Assembly (NCBI RefSeq): GCF_000143415.4
Contig: NW_003314323.1
Location: forward strand, 624,499-688,498
Origin: Selaginella moellendorffii
Lineage: Eukaryota > Plantae > Lycopodiophyta
DNA: 64,000 nucleotides
Direction: 5' to 3'
A program made the position numbers and the translations under genes. Positions 59,700 to 64,000 of the stretch are shown here, one piece after another. The notes under the pieces are model-generated. The model ran no database searches, was not told the DNA's origin, and saw nothing but the letters and a program-made list of their open reading frames with translations. The first letter of the stretch is position 1. The number at the start of each line of letters is the position of its first letter.

Positions 59700-62600
59700 T
59701 CAGGCCTTGAGCTGCTGCTGCTGCTGCTGTGATTCCAAGCGACTGACTTGGTTCTTCCACGCCTGCGCGCACTCGTCGATGGAAGCTCGCCGCGAAGTTC
59801 TTCGCGACATGGCCTTGAGATTTGGAACTGGATGATGCTTGACAATGGTGGTGGTGGCGTTGTTCTCCCCCTGGTTCTCCTTGTTGCTGCTGCCATGGCT
59901 CCGGTTTACGCTGTTGCTCCGGAAGTTATCGGTCGAGTAGTAGAGCACGGACTTCGCGAGCTTGGGCGGCGGAGGAGAAGGATCCACTGCTATCACGCTG
60001 CTCGTCGTGTTCTTGCTCGCCGGGGAGCTCGTCGAGCCGCGGACGCTCGCGCTTCTCAGGTGATGGTTTGCAGCGTCTCTCCTGTCTCTCACTACCGAGT
60101 GCCTGTTGTTGCTGCTGCCGCTGTCGATGTTCATGCCCGCCAGCTTGTTGGAGATGCCTTCCCAGTCCTCGAAAGTAACTTGCCTCCTGGGAGGATCCTT
60201 TGAGTCGGCTTCGCCCGTTGCCGCTGGCTTTGGAGTAGCGCCGTGCTGCTGCCTCAAGCTCAGCCTACGAAGGAGACCGGAGAATGGGACCTTGAGCTTG
60301 TCGGAGCTTGATTTCTTCGCCTGCGCTCGTTCCTCTGGTATCTTCTGGCTGAAGCCTCGAGCCAGTCCGGGGGGAGGGACTGCAATGTCCTCTGGCCATC
60401 CTCTTGATTTGCTTTGGCTCGGCTGTAGCTGAATTGCCTCCTCCTGTTCTATCTCTGGCTTTGTTACGATGTCCTGAGTTTCGGGACGGGGTGGATCCTG
60501 CTTTTCTGCTCCCGCAACCTGTTCTGTGCTCGTCAATAGTATTTGCAGCCACTTATCGAGAGTGTTCTTCCCTTCCTTGATGCTTTCCTCGTCGCATGAC
60601 ATCTCCCCGCGTTCTGACAGTGCCTTCCTTGCCTCCGGCGAATGCAGCTCCACAAAGTTCCTAGCCGACGGTGTCCTCGAGCACTTGGAACTTCCTGCTG
60701 TTACGCGGGAATCTATCGCGGAGACGTCGATCTCAAAGCGCTCGCTGCTATCCCTGCTCTCCTTGCTCTGTGGTGCATGGAGTATGCCTTTGAATCGCTG
60801 GCTCCCGCAGCTCGCATAACCACTGTCAGTGTTCTGCTTATCCCTCTTGATAACAGGCATCAGCTTGAATGTTCTCGTCACCTCCGATCCTTCACCATCA
60901 CTGCCCGCATTCGCAATGTTACTTCCATCGTCAGCTTCCCTTGGCGCAGCACCACCCTCGTAGTAAATTCTGTCCATTGACGGTTTTGCAGACGCGGGTG
61001 CCGCTGGTGTTTCCCGACGAGCCACACTGTTTTCTTTGTCAAGTCGTTGCCGTGGAGCGGACTGGGATCTCTTGCTCTTGGCCGGTGTTGTCGACTTCCG
61101 GAATCGCTTATGACTACGATGCTGATCTTCGGAGTCACTGAAGCTGTCTTGCTTGTTGGAGACGTTGGCTGGCTGATGGTTTTGGAGATCCCTTGCTTTC
61201 AAGACTTCTCTGTCTCTGGTGCTGCTTCTCTGCTTCTTGGGAGGAGCATGACGATCTGCTTTCACCAGCTGCGTTGAAGATTTCTCTGGTACGCATTCCT
61301 CGTCTGCAGCAGCCTCCACGCTTCCGGACTCTAAAAGAGGAACTGGCTTGGTCATCTGCAGCAGGTCTTGCCTCTTATGAGCGTTATGCAGAAGCCGAGA
61401 TTCGGCCGCGTTGCATGTCTCAGCTTGAGACTCCAACTGCGCCATGAGAGAATTGCAGGCGATTTCATTCAGCCTCGACTCTTCCTTATAAACCACGCTC
61501 CTGATTAACGGTCGCGCAACCATTAGTCACGTAAAGATTACATACGATAGAATGACTTACTGGTGCATAGTTTCTTGGATCATCCGCTCAAGGCAGATGC
61601 GATATGATGCCTGTGTTTCGTTCCACTGTCTCTGCTTTTCCACCTGCTTTCTTTGTTTTCGTAGCTCTGCTTCCAGAGTGTCCAAGGCAGCCTTTTCCTG
61701 TTCATTTTGGTCTTTGATACTCTGCAGGGCCTGCTTCAGTTTTGAAGATTCGCCTTCCCTCATATGCTTTTCTTCCTCCCTCAGTAGCTTGATCTTTGAC
61801 TCTCTCTTTATGGATGATAAAATTCGGCTGTTAGTGTCACCGTCCTGTGAATGAAGAGGTGACAGACAACTCGGAGAATGCAGGTTTTCCTTTTGAAGGC
61901 CAGTCAAGGATCGATACTGATTAACAAAATGTGTCAGTTTTAACATAATATTAACCAGACACTGCATACCTTATCTCGAATTTGAACCAGAGAACGATTT
62001 GTAAGAAGGGGTTCACTTTCTTTTATAGCCTTCCAATTTCCAAAACCAAACTTCTGATATCCTCGCAAAAGCACATCTTCCTCCGAAACAGTCCAGTCTT
62101 TTTGGTGTAATCCTGAAAGTAGCATGCGAAATATAGTGTTTTTCGTACGTTGGAACAAGACAAAGACAAATGCCAACCTGAAGGTGAAGACGACAGCCTG
62201 GAGTTTGCAGATTCGTCTCCTTTCTGAAGCCGGACGAGCCCAGCCACTGCAAGCCCCGAGCGTTTCTTCTTCTCTAGAAAATGATGTGACCATTGATGAT
62301 CGTTTATGCACGTCTTTCCATCTGGAAGCTCGTCTTCACCACCAAGAAAGAAAAAAGAAAAACACCTTTGTCTGAAAAGAACGAAGTATTAGCCAAAGCA
62401 TAGATTGTACAACGAGTGATTACCGGAATCCAATATTCGGTGAATCAAATGCTGTAAGAAACTGATTAATCGACACCCCAAGCTGGAGATCCCACCAAGG
62501 AATGAGAAACTCAAGCTTCTCCTTTTTCTTCAGACTCACTTGCCATTGCGCGAGCCTTAGATTGTTAAGAACCGTCTTGCCGCCTCCTACGCGGGGAGAG

Positions 62601-63199
62601 AGACAAGAGTTATCGTCACGTAGGAAAGTAAAACACAACATACTTGAATAGGGGAACCAGTGGCAGACTTCCCAGGCTAGTGGCGAGGCGGGGTCAGCAT
62701 GCCAGTAAAGAACGTTGCCATACGAGTCTACTCTAAAACACGCCGGATCAAAACCAGCATTGCTGCGCAAAGAAATCCACAATACTTTTTAGCAAGAGAC
62801 AAGCAAAAAACTACTTTTTACCCGAGGTGATCAAGCTGCTGCCAGAGAACATCCTTGAATTTGTGGAGATGCGAGGGATGCTCCTTTCTGGTGTCACTGA
62901 GAACGATCGGGAACAAATCTTGGACTTCTTCCAGCTTTGCAACCTGGAAAGAACTCGTTGGAACAAAACCCTACCACAGTAAGAAACCGCACCTCTTCCG
63001 GACGAGCAGTGTAGGGAAGAAACGCTCTGGGAGGGCCATCTGCGTGAGGCAGCAAGAATCCCTGGAGCTGGAGCCAGGCACAGGCGTTCCGGCACAGCTT
63101 CGCGTAGGCCCGAGGATACCCCAAGTGAGGATCGACCCTGCGATCTTCGTCCGAGAAGCAAATCCCCGCGGCCACCACTGAATCTTTCCTGCTTCCCAT
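59700..63199 (-). CDS. HNH-fold + telobox-type Myb + coiled-coil protein
   Basis: LGYPRAYAKLCR, NAGFDPACFRVDSYGNVLYWHADPASPLAWEVCHWFP..GGKTVLNNLR, LEFLIPWWDLQLGVSINQFL; in-frame Myb exon 61970-62112; MHQSVVYKEESRLN coiled coil; LDKWLQILL. Confidence 0.85.
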
Positions 63200-63436
63200 G
63201 AAAAATCGACCCAAGAACTAGCCTAGCCTTCGATCTGGAGCGCCGGAGGCGAAATTTCAGGCATTTCTTGGCCAAGAATCTTGGCGCTGCTGCGCGGCAT
63301 TGTGGCGCCCTCCCCCCGGGCTCGCGAATTCGTGCGCGCCTAATAATCCTAGGTCACACCCCTCTCCGACCCGCCGGCGTCATCACTCCAGAGAAGAAAC
63401 GACCAAACAACACCCGACCTCTTCATTCATTCGAAG

Positions 63437-63472
63437 CAAACGGCTAGAAAATTTGTGTCAATCCAACGGCTC
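63437..63472. promoter_or_regulatory. Two MSA-like (AACGG) elements between the HNH-Myb gene and RPL29
   Basis: CAAACGGCT at 63437 and TCCAACGGCT at 63462. Confidence 0.45.
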
Positions 63473-63577
63473 AAATTCCCACCTGTACGGACATGTTTGG
63501 AAGGGAGCATATTCCTTTAGGGTTCTTGGCAGGCTAGGGTTCTAGGCAGTGTAAGCGGCGGAGATTGAGCGGCAGCG

Positions 63578-63819
63578 ATGGCGAAGTCGAAGAATCACAC
63601 TGCCCACAACCAGTCGAGGAAGGCGCACCGCAATGGCATCAAGAAGCCCAAGAGGCAGCGCTACACCTCCAAGAAAGGGGTAAGTAGAGATTTCTATAGA
63701 AATTTGTGATTGATCGATCCGAATACCGGCAGATGGATCCGAAATTCCTGAGGAACCAGCGCTACTCGAGGAAGCGCATGGCGCTGCTAGCGAAAGAGAT
63801 CGTGAAAGAAGAATCCTAG
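63578..63819 (+). CDS. RPL29: 60S ribosomal protein L29 (eL29)
   Basis: [26 protein letters not shown]|[11 protein letters not shown]; intron 63680-63732; TAGGGTT telo-boxes upstream; missed by the ORF track. Confidence 0.97.
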
Positions 63820-63932
63820 ATAGAAGAATGCTTGTCCCAATTTTCGATTTAATCCAGCAAAAGAATTTGCGTTGCTCATAAACCCTAAATTTCTACAGTG
63901 TTCTAGCGTTAGGGTTCTTGGTTGCCATAGCA

Positions 63933-64000
63933 ATGGAGGCGTACAAGGCGTGGGTGCGTGGCAATCGGCAATGGCTCGCTTCAATCGAGAGCATTGCTAC
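63933..64000 (+). CDS. PEX16: Start of peroxin 16 (runs off window)
   Basis: MEAYKAWVRGNRQWLASIESIA matches the plant PEX16/SSE1 N-terminus; telo-boxes at about 63880 and 63909. Confidence 0.75.
   Translation, partial: MEAYKAWVRGNRQWLASIESIA

Noticed and set aside
22233-63199. Mitotic gene cluster (AUG5, UVI4-like, KEN-containing proteins)
   Set aside because: Dispersed among unrelated genes, and KEN/AACGG motifs are short enough to arise by chance

Overview
Compact land-plant nuclear DNA, most consistent with the lycophyte Selaginella (inferred from 45-70 bp introns, very short intergenic spacers and PLS-class PPR genes; not confirmed by search). Positions 1-26.5 kb are a rearranged triplication of a six-gene cassette: coiled-coil gene, PPR-E, 12-Cys secreted peptide, orphan X, AUGMIN5, orphan Y. 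Only the 12-Cys peptide is intact in all three copies, and it is diverging. The block also carries nested inversions, a plastid-type tRNA-Met fragment inserted into an AUG5 remnant, and a 3.9-kb degenerate insertion. The rest is single-copy and gene dense: polygalacturonase, calmodulin-like, a small secreted peptide, two tRNA-Asp around an epoxide hydrolase, eEF1B-gamma, MTA/SAH nucleosidase head-to-head with a SAM-carrier-like transporter, a UVI4/OSD1-like gene, an animal-EXT1-like GT47, an AMBRA1-like WD40 gene, a PPR, iPGAM, an alpha/beta hydrolase, an HNH-fold + telobox-Myb + coiled-coil gene, RPL29 and the start of PEX16. Best novelty candidates are the HNH-Myb fusion, the EXT1-like GT47 and the 12-Cys peptide trio. 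Family calls rest on motif recognition from memory; no searches were run.
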